This document shows, piece by piece, positions 1-10,677 of a stretch of 64,000 nucleotides of DNA (the stretch's first letter is position 1; every line of letters starts with the position of its first letter). Position numbers and translations under genes: made by a program. This DNA is from Candidatus Dormibacteria bacterium. Lineage in GTDB: Bacteria > Chloroflexota > Dormibacteria > Aeolococcales > Aeolococcaceae. The notes below the pieces were generated by a model. It saw only the letters and a program-made list of their open reading frames with translations, was not told where the DNA came from and ran no database searches. The stretch is from assembly GCA_049964715.1 (NCBI GenBank), contig JBMFXB010000005.1, positions 3,708-67,707 on the forward strand, read 5' to 3'.

Positions 1-1309
1 CTTTTTCCGTAAGAATGGAGCGCTTCAGGATCAGTGCACTTACAAGGTATGCAAGAAGAGATGCCGTGAGCAGTGGAAGCAGACTCCCCACATCGTGGGT
101 AAGTTCGAAAGCAAAGATTACTGACGTAAAGGGGGAACGCGTAACTCCAGAAAGTGCTGCTGACATGCCAATAAGAGCCCAGATGCCCAAGGATGCTCCA
201 GGAAGTACATGACCCACGATGCCCCCTAGGGCAGCGCCCATGATGAGGAGGGGAGCGAGAATTCCACCGCTTGTGCCACTTCCTAGACCCACTGCCCAGA
301 TGACGAGTTTCACAGCGAGGAGAAGAACGAGAGCTCCCATGCCAAGCTTTCCGAGAAGTTCAAGGTGAATCGTGTCATACCCAACTCCAAGTGCACGTGG
401 ATCGATAAGACCACCGCAACCAATAACAATTCCCCCTATCATTGGCCACCACATCCAGTGCAACCGTCCTGTGAGCTTCAGGAAGAAATCTTCAGATCGA
501 TATACAGCCTGCGTCATCACCCATGCAGCTCCTCCTCCAAGTATTCCAATGCAGACAGCTCCAAGTACAGTGATTGCTCCCAAACTGACATGCACGGGAA
601 TTGGGAAAAGTGGCTGTGGTGCAATCATGTGGAAGTGGGCAAGCACCAGCCGAAGTGTATCAGCAACAACGGATGCACACCCGATGAGGAAAATGGATCG
701 CGGTTTAAATTCAAATGCGAGGAGTTCCACGCCAAAGAGGGTAGCTGCAACAGGAGTTCCGAACACAGCACTCATACCGGCTGCAGCTCCTGCAACAAGG
801 AGACATCTCCGCTCTATACCTGTCAGTCGAAACAGTTGTCCAACGATAGATCCAACTGCACCACCAGTAAGAATAATTGGCCCTTCTGCACCAAACGGAC
901 CTCCTGAGCCAATGCTGATGGCACTGGAAATCGGTTTGAGGATTGCAAGCTTTGGCTCTACCTGACTCCCATTGAAGAGTATCCGCTCCATGGCTTCAGG
1001 GATGCCATGACCACGAACCTGTTCGGACCCATACCGTGCTATAACGCCAACAATCAGGCCACCAAGCACAGGTAAAGCAACTGCTCCTATTCCAAGGCGA
1101 TTATTGACCGGAGAAACAAGTGCAAAGCTAAACCTGTGGTAGTAGAGCAAATTTGTCAAAAGCCCTATCAAATCAAGGAGGATAAGTGCTACTGCAGTCG
1201 CAAATATTCCTATTGTGCACGCAAGTGGGACAAGCTTCAGTATGCCTCGACGTGTGGTGAAATCCCCCAATGCATCGCTGGGAGTGTCAGACACTTGGGA
1301 TACCTTCAC
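1..1309 (-). CDS. ClC-family chloride channel / H+-Cl- antiporter. Partial: the C-terminus runs off the left edge of the window. Probable GTG start at 1309.
   Basis: The reverse-strand translation is open from about 1309 to position 1. It contains ClC signatures GHGIPE (GSGIPE-like), GAEGP (GK/REGP gating Glu) and many TM helices. It is not in the ORF track because its stop lies outside the window. A GAGGAG RBS precedes the GTG. Confidence 0.7.
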   Translation of the reverse strand, partial: MKVSQVSDTPSDALGDFTTRRGILKLVPLACTIGIFATAVALILLDLIGLLTNLLYYHRFSFALVSPVNNRLGIGAVALPVLGGLIVGVIARYGSEQVRGHGIPEAMERILFNGSQVEPKLAILKPISSAISIGSGGPFGAEGPIILTGGAVGSIVGQLFRLTGIERRCLLVAGAAAGMSAVFGTPVAATLFGVELLAFEFKPRSIFLIGCASVVADTLRLVLAHFHMIAPQPLFPIPVHVSLGAITVLGAVCIGILGGGAAWVMTQAVYRSEDFFLKLTGRLHWMWWPMIGGIVIGCGGLIDPRALGVGYDTIHLELLGKLGMGALVLLLAVKLVIWAVGLGSGTSGGILAPLLIMGAALGGIVGHVLPGASLGIWALIGMSAALSGVTRSPFTSVIFAFELTHDVGSLLPLLTASLLAYLVSALILKRSILTEK

Positions 1310-1387
1310 AATATCGTACTCCTCTATTTAAATAATCCCTTATAGTGTGACAGAAATCTAATATCAGTTCACGATACGGGTACAATA

Positions 1388-2023
1388 ATGCCAATAGATA
1401 CACCAACAGGTCGATGCATGGCACATACTCCCCCAACTCCAGTACCGGACGATCGTGAACGAGGACTCGAACACACTGGCCCTGGCGAGATTTCCCTCAA
1501 CAGTTCCCCATTTACTGCTGCCACGTTGTCATGGGATGGTTCCACCTTCTCAATCCATGACCAGCAGGGGATTCTCACTTTTTCCGTACCCCGTTCCTCG
1601 CTTGTGAGCATTGAACAGCACGGTACAACTCTTCAGCTTGTGACAACTGAAGGAACACTGGCCATCCGCTTTGGAACCAGTGCAGCCAGGTTCAAGCTCG
1701 CAATACAGCAGAATCCTGCTATTGAGGACTCACTGGAGACGAATGCAGCCGGAGGCCCTTTCGATGCAGATCAACACATTGAAAAGCATGACTACGATGC
1801 TATATCCTCATCGGAATATGGCGTCTGGTACGGCATATTTGCCCAGGTCCTCATCGATGATGGCAAGATGAATCCAGCCAGAAACGACTATGCGACATAT
1901 GGACTCGACAGGGGTTGGCGGAGCTTTCCCGGCCTTGGTACTACAAAAAGCAGTACTATTCTCCTCGTGCTGCTTGTGGTTTGCTTGATCGTGCTCTATC
2001 GTTTTTTCGGTGGCCAGCTTTAG
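1388..2023 (+). CDS. hypothetical protein with a C-terminal TM anchor
   Basis: 211-aa ORF divergent from the ClC gene. It ends in a hydrophobic C-terminal helix (STILLVLLVVCLIVLY). I recognise no family. Confidence 0.35.
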   Translation: MPIDTPTGRCMAHTPPTPVPDDRERGLEHTGPGEISLNSSPFTAATLSWDGSTFSIHDQQGILTFSVPRSSLVSIEQHGTTLQLVTTEGTLAIRFGTSAARFKLAIQQNPAIEDSLETNAAGGPFDADQHIEKHDYDAISSSEYGVWYGIFAQVLIDDGKMNPARNDYATYGLDRGWRSFPGLGTTKSSTILLVLLVVCLIVLYRFFGGQL

Positions 2024-2130
2024 CACAAGGCAACTGCACGAACAGATATCCCACAGGGCTGGCAGCGGGTACGCCGAAGTCCGTATGATCATGCTGTATC
2101 CACCCATCTCAAAGGAAATGCCGTGCCATC

Positions 2131-3759
2131 ATGATGAATCCTCTGCCGATACCAGCACCGTATAATGAGCCGATTCTGTCATATGCACCTGGAACTCCTG
2201 AGCGAAAATCCCTCCGAATTGCACTTGATGATACCTCGACAGAAACCAAGGATCTTCCAATGATCATTGGTGGAGAACAGGTTCGCACGGAAGAGACATT
2301 CGAGGTTCGGGCTCCCCATCGGCATTCACTTCACCTAGGAACTGGGTATGTTGCAACCCGCAAGTCAGTAGAGGATGCTGTTGGTGCTGCTCTCGATGCC
2401 CGCCACGCATGGGCTGAGCTTCCCTATGAGGAGCGAGCAGCAATATTCCTCCGTGCAGCAGACCTTCTCGCAGGTCCATGGCGATCCCGCATGAATGCTG
2501 CAACCATACTCGGGCAAAGCAAGAGTGTCTTCCAGGCAGAAATTGATTCCGCATGTGAACTTATAGACATGTGGCGCTGGAATGTGTCGTTTGCCAATGA
2601 ACTTCTTCGTGAGCAACCATACTCCCCTATTGGATCATGGAACCGCACTGAACTTCGTCCCCTTGAAGGCTTTATCCTTGCCATTACTCCATTCAACTTC
2701 ACCTCCATTGCAGGCAACCTTCCTACAGCTCCAGCAATCATGGGAAATACTGTTGTCTGGAAACCCTCCCCAACACAGCAGCTTTCTGCGTCCCTCATTC
2801 TTGATCTCCTCACTGCAGCAGGTCTTCCCCCAGGTGTCATCAATATGGTTTCTGGAGATGGTGCAGCCGTTTCCGAGGTAGCACTCCCGCACGAGTACCT
2901 AGCCGGGATACATTTCACTGGTTCAACGAATACCTTCCGTCATCTGTGGAAAAGCGTTGCACATCACCTTGATTCCTATCGCACGTACCCACGTCTCGTT
3001 GGTGAAACAGGTGGCAAGGATTTCATCCTTGCCCACCCGTCTGCTGATCCCAAGGCACTTACAACAGCCCTTCTTCGTGGAGCATTTGAATTCCAGGGAC
3101 AGAAATGCTCGTCTGCCTCACGTGCATACATTCCAAAACCACTCTGGAATCGCATCAAGAGCGATCTCATTGAGGAGACCATTTCCCTCCCTCTTGGAGA
3201 CCCTGCAAACTTCACTACACACTTGGGTGCAGTCATTGACAATCGTGCCTTTACGAGAATTACAACTGCACTGTATGAGGGAGTTGGGGACCCTCACCTC
3301 ACCCTTCACACTGGTGGTACATGGGATGAAACCTCTGGATGGTACATCTTCCCGACGATCTTTGAAACAGATACCCCCAAACATCCTCTTATGGAAACAG
3401 AGCTCTTCGGTCCAGTTCTCACGGTGTACACCTATGAGGAAACTGAGTGGGATGACATCCTCACTCTAGTGGACACAACATCACCGTATGGCCTTACAGG
3501 TGCTGTCTTTGCGACTGACCGTGCTGCCATAGCACAAGCCTCTAATCATCTTCGCCATGCAGCAGGCAACTTCTACATCAATGACAAGCCAACAGGTGCT
3601 GTTATTGGCCAACAGCCGTTTGGTGGTGCACGTGCAAGTGGCACGAATGACAAAGCTGGTTCCCCATGGAACCTCATTCGGTGGGCAAGCCCACGCTCCA
3701 TCAAGGAAACCTTCGTTCCCCCAACAGATTGGCGGTATCCTCACCTCAACTTTGAATGA
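2131..3759 (+). CDS. pruA: L-glutamate gamma-semialdehyde (1-pyrroline-5-carboxylate) dehydrogenase
   Basis: 542-aa aldehyde dehydrogenase superfamily protein. It has the FEFQGQKCSASSRAYIP catalytic Cys region, the ETGGKDF motif, and the length and architecture of the PruA/RocA type. Confidence 0.8.
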   Translation: MMNPLPIPAPYNEPILSYAPGTPERKSLRIALDDTSTETKDLPMIIGGEQVRTEETFEVRAPHRHSLHLGTGYVATRKSVEDAVGAALDARHAWAELPYEERAAIFLRAADLLAGPWRSRMNAATILGQSKSVFQAEIDSACELIDMWRWNVSFANELLREQPYSPIGSWNRTELRPLEGFILAITPFNFTSIAGNLPTAPAIMGNTVVWKPSPTQQLSASLILDLLTAAGLPPGVINMVSGDGAAVSEVALPHEYLAGIHFTGSTNTFRHLWKSVAHHLDSYRTYPRLVGETGGKDFILAHPSADPKALTTALLRGAFEFQGQKCSSASRAYIPKPLWNRIKSDLIEETISLPLGDPANFTTHLGAVIDNRAFTRITTALYEGVGDPHLTLHTGGTWDETSGWYIFPTIFETDTPKHPLMETELFGPVLTVYTYEETEWDDILTLVDTTSPYGLTGAVFATDRAAIAQASNHLRHAAGNFYINDKPTGAVIGQQPFGGARASGTNDKAGSPWNLIRWASPRSIKETFVPPTDWRYPHLNFE

Positions 3760-3834
3760 GCCACTGCGGAGTGACCACACAGTCTACGCAAACGTCATGG
3801 CTGTGCAGGGGACATCCAATTTACACAGAGTTTC

Positions 3835-5847
3835 CTATCCCGTCATGGGATGGGTTGGTGTTACCCCACCAGGAGCAAGAATGTCAAACCCGTCTGGTGT
3901 ATTGAGATAACCAGGTGATGTACCTGCCACTCCAGTTATTCCGTATTGCCATACTAGTGCACCCGTTGTGGGATCAATTGCCACAATCCGGTCATTGTAG
4001 TCGTCGTTCGCAATAATGACTCCGCTTGGCGCCATCTCTGCAAGTGACGGATAGTGCAGCCTTCCTGAACCAGAGACAGGATCATACCGCCAGAGAATCG
4101 TTCCCTGTTGATTGAACTCAACAAGACCACCAACTGATGAATAATCAGCTACGAGATACGTGGATGAAGTCAATTGCTGTGGATCAGAGGGAAACCCGAC
4201 AGCGACATGTGTTGTCCATACCAGTTGTCCCTGGGGTGTGTACTCAGATATCCACGAGCCATCAATCTCTGAAATGAGAATATTCCCATTGGCAAGTGGA
4301 GTATCTCCATTTGGTGATCCGAGTGAGTACGGTGGGTTGTGTTTGCACACTCCAGTCCGCCCTATCTGAGTTGCAATTGTCCCGTTCGGATTGATGATTA
4401 GAATCCTGCAGTTGTCGATATCAGCGACCATGACCTGCCCTGTTTTGAGAAGGAAGGCATCATCAGGCTGATGAAGGTAACCCGGTCGACTACTGGCAAC
4501 GAGAGCATGTCCATATGTCCAGAGCACCTTCTTCCCTGGATAGCTGATGATTGCAATCGTATTGTTCTCCTCCTGGTTCGAGATGAGCGCAGTTCCGTGA
4601 TGGACGAAGAACACGTCGTCCGGGAAGAAGAACCCCTTCGGACCAGGAGGAACCTGTGCTCCAGGCGAAGGATATGTCCAGAGAAGTTGCTTGGCATCAT
4701 TGATGACGAGAATGCGATTGTTTCCCCGGTCAGCAATTGCCATCGAATCTCCTGCAATGGGGGATCCTGCAGAAGCTGTCCCAACTGCTCCAAAACCACT
4801 GTTCTGCTTCATCATCTGGACAGCAGCAGTCTGTCTGCCTGCAACTTCACCTCCAACGATCCATGCAGTTGTTCCAACAACTATGACTGGAGCATACGCA
4901 ATAGGCTGCATGAGTTGACCAGCATGAAGAAAGGTCTCTGTCTGGGGATCAAATGCCCAGATGGTACCATTTGTCCCTGCTGATCCTTCCCCTCCTGTGA
5001 CATACACCTGTTGTCCGAACGCAACTGCAATCATGCCTACAAGAGCCTCAGGAAGCGTGGAAACAACATGCACAGTGTCCTGTACAGTGTTGAATGCCTG
5101 GACTGTGTTTGTGGCTTGCCATGTGCCACTTGCAGTCTGTTCTTCCCCCCCAAAAATGTAGACCGTGGAACCCACTGCTGCGACAGCAGCGTATCTCACA
5201 GGCACACTGAGCCTCGCAACAACTGAGAAGGTTGTCCCTGTTGTTGTTGCGAGAATATCGGGCAGTGCATGTGTTCCGTCATATCCACCGATGACATACG
5301 CAGTGCTACCGATTGCCACTGCAGAACTGTCAGCTCTTGGAGTAGGGAGAGTTCCAGTTGCAGCACTTCCAGATGGACTTGTCTCTTCTACAGCTTGGGA
5401 CACTGAAGTGTCACCACCCCCAAAAAGGAAAGTGCCACTTCCCAGAGTTGCACTGCCCGCATCATGTGTTGCCACAGGGAGACTTCCCACATCGTGAAGG
5501 CCACCGTTTTGGAGATCAAGGCTGAAAACTCCTGATGCAGTACCACTTCCATTCAGTCCCCCTGCAATCAGGATCTCCGTTGACGAAGTACCAGGGGCCA
5601 GGACTTCACGACTAATTGGGGAACGCAAGCTCCACGGGAGTGTCCCTGATTCAATTGCCGGAATAGATGGTGATACAGCTTTTGGAGTCACCTGTGGCTG
5701 CACGGCAGATTTCGATGCAGCACGGTGCACATCAACCACAGTCCGTGAACTGCCGCACGAAACTACAGCAAGGACTGCAACTGCCCCAAGCACTGAGAGT
5801 GTCCGTCGCTTCCACCCCGACCATTTGTTCGGAGCGGCGGACATCAT
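3835..5847 (-). CDS. secreted lipoprotein with an N-terminal Kelch-type beta-propeller and C-terminal NHL-like repeats
   Basis: Signal peptide plus lipobox (LAVVSCGSS). Repeated 'GG(Y/E)' Kelch blades (YVIGGYDG, YIFGGEE, YVTGGEG, WIVGGEV). Later repeats are NHL-like: NRILVIN, NCRILIINPNG, NDRIVAIDPTTG. Its start overlaps the E2 stop, so it is the last gene of the operon. Confidence 0.55.
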   Translation of the reverse strand: MMSAAPNKWSGWKRRTLSVLGAVAVLAVVSCGSSRTVVDVHRAASKSAVQPQVTPKAVSPSIPAIESGTLPWSLRSPISREVLAPGTSSTEILIAGGLNGSGTASGVFSLDLQNGGLHDVGSLPVATHDAGSATLGSGTFLFGGGDTSVSQAVEETSPSGSAATGTLPTPRADSSAVAIGSTAYVIGGYDGTHALPDILATTTGTTFSVVARLSVPVRYAAVAAVGSTVYIFGGEEQTASGTWQATNTVQAFNTVQDTVHVVSTLPEALVGMIAVAFGQQVYVTGGEGSAGTNGTIWAFDPQTETFLHAGQLMQPIAYAPVIVVGTTAWIVGGEVAGRQTAAVQMMKQNSGFGAVGTASAGSPIAGDSMAIADRGNNRILVINDAKQLLWTYPSPGAQVPPGPKGFFFPDDVFFVHHGTALISNQEENNTIAIISYPGKKVLWTYGHALVASSRPGYLHQPDDAFLLKTGQVMVADIDNCRILIINPNGTIATQIGRTGVCKHNPPYSLGSPNGDTPLANGNILISEIDGSWISEYTPQGQLVWTTHVAVGFPSDPQQLTSSTYLVADYSSVGGLVEFNQQGTILWRYDPVSGSGRLHYPSLAEMAPSGVIIANDDYNDRIVAIDPTTGALVWQYGITGVAGTSPGYLNTPDGFDILAPGGVTPTHPMTG

Positions 5848-7169
5848 TGGAGTTCTGCGTCCGAAAATGATTCAAGGTGTGATTTCACGCTTCCGAGGAA
5901 ACGTGCTGCCACAAGACCATCATTGAGCCTGTGGTCGAACGAAATACAGAGATTCATCATCGGTCGAATGGCCATTGCATCCCCCTCAACGACGACTCGC
6001 TTCACGATTCGATCCATTGCAAGGATTGCAGCCTGCGGCTGATTGATAATCGGTGCAGCAAGAACCGTTCCAAGTGCACCTGTGTTGTTGAGAGTGAATG
6101 TGCCACCTTGAATCTCATCGATCTTCAACTTGTTTGACCGGGCACGCTCTGCAAGGTCGGACATTGTTGTCGCAAGTCCTGCAATGGAAAGTCGGTCTGC
6201 ATCCCTGATCACCGGAACGATGAGATTGTCTTCAAGTGCCACTGCTATGCCAAGGTGCAGGTTTCTGTGTTCGACAATGCCATCGTCAGACCATGAAGCA
6301 TTCATTGACGGGAATGCACGAAGTCCTGCAAGTGTTGCCTTTGCAACAAATGGAAGGAATGTGAGATCCACACCGTAACGTTCCTTGAAGCTTCGCTTGT
6401 TGCGTTCGCGGAGGTTCCACACTGTTTGCATGTTCACTTCCATCATGAACCATGCATGTGGGGAAACGGCCCAGCTTCTGCTCATGTGATCTGCAATGGC
6501 TCTACGAACATTTGTGAGGGGCACGAGTACATCGCCCTCACCTGCAGGAATATGTTGTGCTGGATGAAGTGAAGGCGAAAGCGGAGCTTGAGCAACTGGA
6601 GCGGCTACTGGAGAAGCAGTGATGACTGCTGGTGCAGCAGTACCTCCACGCTCATGCTCAATAAAGTCCAGAACGTCTTTCTTCGTGACACGCCCACCAA
6701 ATCCTGTACCTTGAACACGAGTGAGATCCACATTGTGCTCACGTGCGAGCATCCGCACAACAGGTGTAAGGTGCATCCCTTCAGGGATGACTGCATGCGT
6801 ACCATTTCCGTTTGAAGCTGGTGCACTCGCAGGAGTTGCAGCTGTACCAGTATTCACTGCTACAGGGACTGGAGTTGGTTCAGCAGGTGCTGGTGCTGCC
6901 GCTGGTGCAGCAGGTGCTTCCCCTGCAGTGGCAGCACCCTCAATGACACAGAGTGACTCCCCTACTGCGACCACAGTTCCTTCCTTGACAAGATGCTCAC
7001 CCATTGTCCCTTCAGCCGGTGACGGAATTTCTGCATTCACCTTGTCCGTCACGACTTCTGCAATGGATTCATAGCGTGCGACAGGATCACCTGGCTGCTT
7101 CAGCCACTTCGCAAGCGTTCCTTCTGTGACACTTTCCCCCAACTGGGGCATTGCTACTGTTGTTGCCAT
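5844..7169 (-). CDS. bkdB: dihydrolipoamide acyltransferase, E2 component of a 2-oxoacid (branched-chain type) dehydrogenase complex
   Basis: N-terminal lipoyl domain (PQLGESVTEGTLAKWLK), an Ala/Pro-rich linker, a subunit-binding domain, and the catalytic DHRLNDG motif near the C-terminus. Confidence 0.85.
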   Translation of the reverse strand: MATTVAMPQLGESVTEGTLAKWLKQPGDPVARYESIAEVVTDKVNAEIPSPAEGTMGEHLVKEGTVVAVGESLCVIEGAATAGEAPAAPAAAPAPAEPTPVPVAVNTGTAATPASAPASNGNGTHAVIPEGMHLTPVVRMLAREHNVDLTRVQGTGFGGRVTKKDVLDFIEHERGGTAAPAVITASPVAAPVAQAPLSPSLHPAQHIPAGEGDVLVPLTNVRRAIADHMSRSWAVSPHAWFMMEVNMQTVWNLRERNKRSFKERYGVDLTFLPFVAKATLAGLRAFPSMNASWSDDGIVEHRNLHLGIAVALEDNLIVPVIRDADRLSIAGLATTMSDLAERARSNKLKIDEIQGGTFTLNNTGALGTVLAAPIINQPQAAILAMDRIVKRVVVEGDAMAIRPMMNLCISFDHRLNDGLVAARFLGSVKSHLESFSDAELQ

Positions 7170-7170
7170 A

Positions 7171-8163
7171 TCAGTACGCCACCAACTCCTCTACTGCTGT
7201 CCGAATTTTTTCCGGTGTAACGAGATAAAAGTGCTCCAACGGAGGTGAAAATGGCATGGCTGGAATTTCAGGTCCACCAAGCCGCTTCACTGGAGCATCC
7301 AGATATTCAAAGCATGACTCACCAATTATTGCTGAAACCTCGGAAGAGATACTCACAGAAAGATTCGCTTCCTGCACAATGAGGACCTTTCCAGTCTTTC
7401 GGGCTGAAGCTACGATGGTGTCGCGATCGAGTGGTCGCAATGACCGAAGATCAACGATCTCGATTGACGTATTCTTCTCTATCTGAAGTGCAGCTGCAAC
7501 TTCGAGACACTGGGAGACCATGAAGCCATACGTGAAAATCGTAAGATCCCGGCCTTCCTGAACGACATTTGCAGTCGAAAGAGATACTGTATAGCACTCA
7601 TCTGGCACTTCACCCTTAAGAGACCGGTACCCTTTCTTGTGCTCAAAGTACAGTACAGGATCCGGATCGCGAAGAGCTGCAACAATCAATCCCTTCGCAT
7701 CATACGGATTGCTTGGGACTACGACCTTGAGTCCTGGAACACTGCAGAACATCGCTTCCAACGATTGCGAATGATACAAGGCTCCATGCACTCCACCACC
7801 GAAAGGAGCACGAATGACAAGGGGCACTCCCCAATCGTTGTTGCTCCGGTACCGCATCTTCGCAGCCTCACTGATGATCTGGTCAACTGCAGGAAGTATG
7901 AAGTCCTGAAACTGGATCTCTGCAATGGGACGGAACCCATAGAGTGCAGCACCTATGCAAACACCAACAATGCATGACTCTGCGAGTGGACTATCCATCA
8001 CACGATCATCACCAAACTGTGCGTGGAGCCCTTCAGTTGCCCCAAACACACCTCCCTTTGCTCCAACATCCTCTCCCATGATGAAGACACGATCATCGTT
8101 CTCCATCTCCTGGCGCATGCCTTCGCGAATTGCCTCGACAAATGTCTTCGTTGCCATTGTCAT
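7171..8163 (-). CDS. bkdA2: 2-oxoacid dehydrogenase E1 component, beta subunit
   Basis: 330-aa transketolase-like C-terminal/pyrimidine-binding domain protein. It overlaps E1alpha by 4 nt (ATGA coupling). Confidence 0.85.
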   Translation of the reverse strand: MTMATKTFVEAIREGMRQEMENDDRVFIMGEDVGAKGGVFGATEGLHAQFGDDRVMDSPLAESCIVGVCIGAALYGFRPIAEIQFQDFILPAVDQIISEAAKMRYRSNNDWGVPLVIRAPFGGGVHGALYHSQSLEAMFCSVPGLKVVVPSNPYDAKGLIVAALRDPDPVLYFEHKKGYRSLKGEVPDECYTVSLSTANVVQEGRDLTIFTYGFMVSQCLEVAAALQIEKNTSIEIVDLRSLRPLDRDTIVASARKTGKVLIVQEANLSVSISSEVSAIIGESCFEYLDAPVKRLGGPEIPAMPFSPPLEHFYLVTPEKIRTAVEELVAY

Positions 8164-9233
8164 GCCTCCTCCGCATAAACGTACCGAAGAGCTGTCTCCG
8201 GTTCCGGAAGCGGAGCCTGCTCAGCAGCTTCCATGTCCACATCGATTTCCTTGACTGCTGCATCGCGAATCGACGTGAGATCAGCTTCTGTGAGAACTCC
8301 CTGCAAGAGAAGATACCGCTCAAGACGTACAAGGCAGTCAGCCTGGTGAACTGACTCAATCTCCTCTGCAGGCCGATATCGACGCTCATCATCATCAGAA
8401 CTGTGGGAAGTAAGACGGGCAACCATCCCCTCAATGAGCGTTGGTCCCTCACCCTTCCGTGCACGCTCGACTGCAGTCATCGCTGCCTCATAGCATGCAA
8501 CAGCATCTCCACCGTCAACACTCACGCCTGGAATGCCATATGCACGTGCCCTGTCAGAAACGTGTGAGGTTGGCATCTGCTTGTCGAGAGGTACAGAAAT
8601 GGCATATCCATTGTTTTCAACAAGGAAGAGAACGGGGAGTTTGTGTACTGCTGCAAAGTTGAGCGCCTCATGGAAGTCACCACCACTCGTACTTCCCTCA
8701 CCAAGCGATGTCACTGCAAGTGCATCTGTATGCTTGAGCTTCATTCCAAGGGCAACACCTGCTGCATGAAGCATTTGCGTTGCAACAGGAGATCCTGTGC
8801 TCACGATGTTGTGCTCACGGTTTCCGAAGTGGGCTGGCATCTGACGTCCACCACTGTTGGGATCATCAGCCTTTGCAAGAGCAGAGAGGAAATGGTCCTT
8901 TGGAGACATGCCAAATGCAAGGGTCAAGGCAAGATCCCGGTAATACGGAGCAAGCCAATCCTTTGAAGTATCGACAGCAGTTCCAACAGCGGACTGGAAC
9001 ACCTCGTGTCCCATGCCTGATATCCAAAATGGAGCACGTCCCTGGCGATTGAGCACCCAAATACGCTCATCAAGCACACGTGACCGAACTGCAGTCACAT
9101 AGATCTGTCTCAACACTTCGGGGGAGACAGACCCCTGCGTGCCCTTCCGATGCACTTCAGTCTTTGTATCGCTCACTGTCGTGGCCTCCTCACCTTGTCG
9201 TGCACGCATGTGCCGCACTGTGTTCTTGAACAT
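8160..9233 (-). CDS. bkdA1: 2-oxoacid dehydrogenase E1 component, alpha subunit (TPP-binding)
   Basis: 357-aa protein with a TPP-binding fold (GDG…NN motif region, 'LFLVENNGYAISVP'). The gene order lpd-E1a-E1b-E2 matches the B. subtilis bkd operon. Confidence 0.85.
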   Translation of the reverse strand: MFKNTVRHMRARQGEEATTVSDTKTEVHRKGTQGSVSPEVLRQIYVTAVRSRVLDERIWVLNRQGRAPFWISGMGHEVFQSAVGTAVDTSKDWLAPYYRDLALTLAFGMSPKDHFLSALAKADDPNSGGRQMPAHFGNREHNIVSTGSPVATQMLHAAGVALGMKLKHTDALAVTSLGEGSTSGGDFHEALNFAAVHKLPVLFLVENNGYAISVPLDKQMPTSHVSDRARAYGIPGVSVDGGDAVACYEAAMTAVERARKGEGPTLIEGMVARLTSHSSDDDERRYRPAEEIESVHQADCLVRLERYLLLQGVLTEADLTSIRDAAVKEIDVDMEAAEQAPLPEPETALRYVYAEEA

Positions 9234-10636
9234 TATATGTGGATTGCCTCTCCACTCACGGCAAGGGCAGCTTCGCCAATGACTTCCGTGAGGGTTGGAT
9301 GAGGTGCTACTGCATGGGACAGTTCGTATGGAGTCGCTTCAATGAGCGTTGCGAGTCCTGGCCCATAGATGAGTTCAGTCACCTCATGTCCAATGAGATG
9401 CACCCCAAGAACAGTATCAGTCTTCGTATCAGCAACTACCTTGCAGAACCCTTCTGCATTGCCCCAAGCAAGTGCCCTACCGTTAGCGGTGAATGGCATT
9501 GTTCCTGTAGCAACGTCATATCCTGCTGCTTTGGCCTCTTCTTCCGAGAGGCCAACTGAAGCAATCTGTGGGGAACAGTATGTTGTCCTCGTTACATGCA
9601 TCGGTTCGAGAGGGAATGGCGTCCGCCCAGCAATGTGTTCAGCTGCAACAATGCCCTGATGCATTGCCTTGTGCGCAAGGAGAAATCCTCCGGCAACATC
9701 GCCAACTGCATAGATGTGTGGTACTGATGTCTGCTGCATGGCATTGACCTGAACAAACCCACGTTCAAGCTTCACACCTGCGTCATCCAGTCCTATTCCG
9801 CTCGACCGCGGTGTCCGCCCTATGGCAAGAAGAAGGACTTCTGCAGAAATGTGTTCAGTCTTGCCATCTCGTGTCATCTGCACTGTGACACTGTCTTTAC
9901 CCACCCTCGTTGCTGCAAGATCCATTGCAGCTCCAACATGACAGGTTATTCCACGTGCAGTGAAGGCCCTGAGCAGTTCCTTTCCAACAGCAGCATCCTC
10001 AAGTGGCACGAGACGTGGGGCCATCTCGATAAGTGTCACGTCTATGCCAAAGCTCCGGTACATAGAAGCAAATTCCACGCCTACAGCACCTGCTCCAAGC
10101 ACGATGAGCGACTTTGGAAGTGCCTCACGGAACAACAGTTCATCACTCGTCACCACGAATGGTGGCTGCACCTCAATCCCCTGGGGGACTTTCGGAACAG
10201 ATCCAGTTGCAATAAGGATGTGCTTCCCATCAACAACTTCCGTACTGCCATCCTTGCGTGACACTGTCACATGATGAGCATCAGCAAGTCGACCTGTACC
10301 ATCGATACGCTCGACGTGATTCTTCTTCAACAGGAATTCAACCCCCCGATGCAGCTGTCCAACGACTGCATCACGCTGCTTGGCAGCTTCTGGGTAGGCA
10401 AAATGCACAGACTGCGCATGCACTCCGTATTTTGTGGCAAGTAATGTCATATCGAGGTAGAACGCACTCTGGAGTAGTGCCTTCGTTGGAATGCATCCCC
10501 GATGGAGACAGGTTCCTCCGACCTTCTCCTCCTCGACAACCACACAGGAGAGGCCAAGTTGAGCGGCGCGAATCGCAGCGACGTACCCGCCAGATCCACC
10601 ACCTAGTACGACTAGATCAAAAGTGCGTTCGTTCAT
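9233..10636 (-). CDS. lpdV: dihydrolipoyl dehydrogenase (E3)
   Basis: FAD-binding GGGSGGY and the redox-active disulfide GTCLHRGCIPTK. It also has the NAD-binding GAGAVGVE motif and a C-terminal dimerisation His-Pro region. Confidence 0.9.
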   Translation of the reverse strand: MNERTFDLVVLGGGSGGYVAAIRAAQLGLSCVVVEEEKVGGTCLHRGCIPTKALLQSAFYLDMTLLATKYGVHAQSVHFAYPEAAKQRDAVVGQLHRGVEFLLKKNHVERIDGTGRLADAHHVTVSRKDGSTEVVDGKHILIATGSVPKVPQGIEVQPPFVVTSDELLFREALPKSLIVLGAGAVGVEFASMYRSFGIDVTLIEMAPRLVPLEDAAVGKELLRAFTARGITCHVGAAMDLAATRVGKDSVTVQMTRDGKTEHISAEVLLLAIGRTPRSSGIGLDDAGVKLERGFVQVNAMQQTSVPHIYAVGDVAGGFLLAHKAMHQGIVAAEHIAGRTPFPLEPMHVTRTTYCSPQIASVGLSEEEAKAAGYDVATGTMPFTANGRALAWGNAEGFCKVVADTKTDTVLGVHLIGHEVTELIYGPGLATLIEATPYELSHAVAPHPTLTEVIGEAALAVSGEAIHI

Positions 10637-10677
10637 CTTGAGCGCAGTATACCGTGAGGCTTCACGGTTGTGCCGAG

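Noticed and set aside
365-965. Two overlapping + strand ORFs (180 and 197 aa) reported in the ORF track
   Set aside because: They are antisense to a clearly recognisable ClC channel gene on the minus strand (GHGIPE, GAEGP motifs, uninterrupted reading frame to the window edge). Pro/Ser/Thr-rich nonsense is typical of the reverse frame of GC-rich coding sequence.
1-1309. Possibility that the edge ClC is a fluoride-specific CLC-F linked to the crcB riboswitch
   Set aside because: No riboswitch-like leader lies upstream (the upstream region is AT-rich promoter DNA). The protein retains the canonical gating Glu (GAEGP) and GxGIPE of Cl-/H+ ClCs. It is 14 kb away from the fluoride module.
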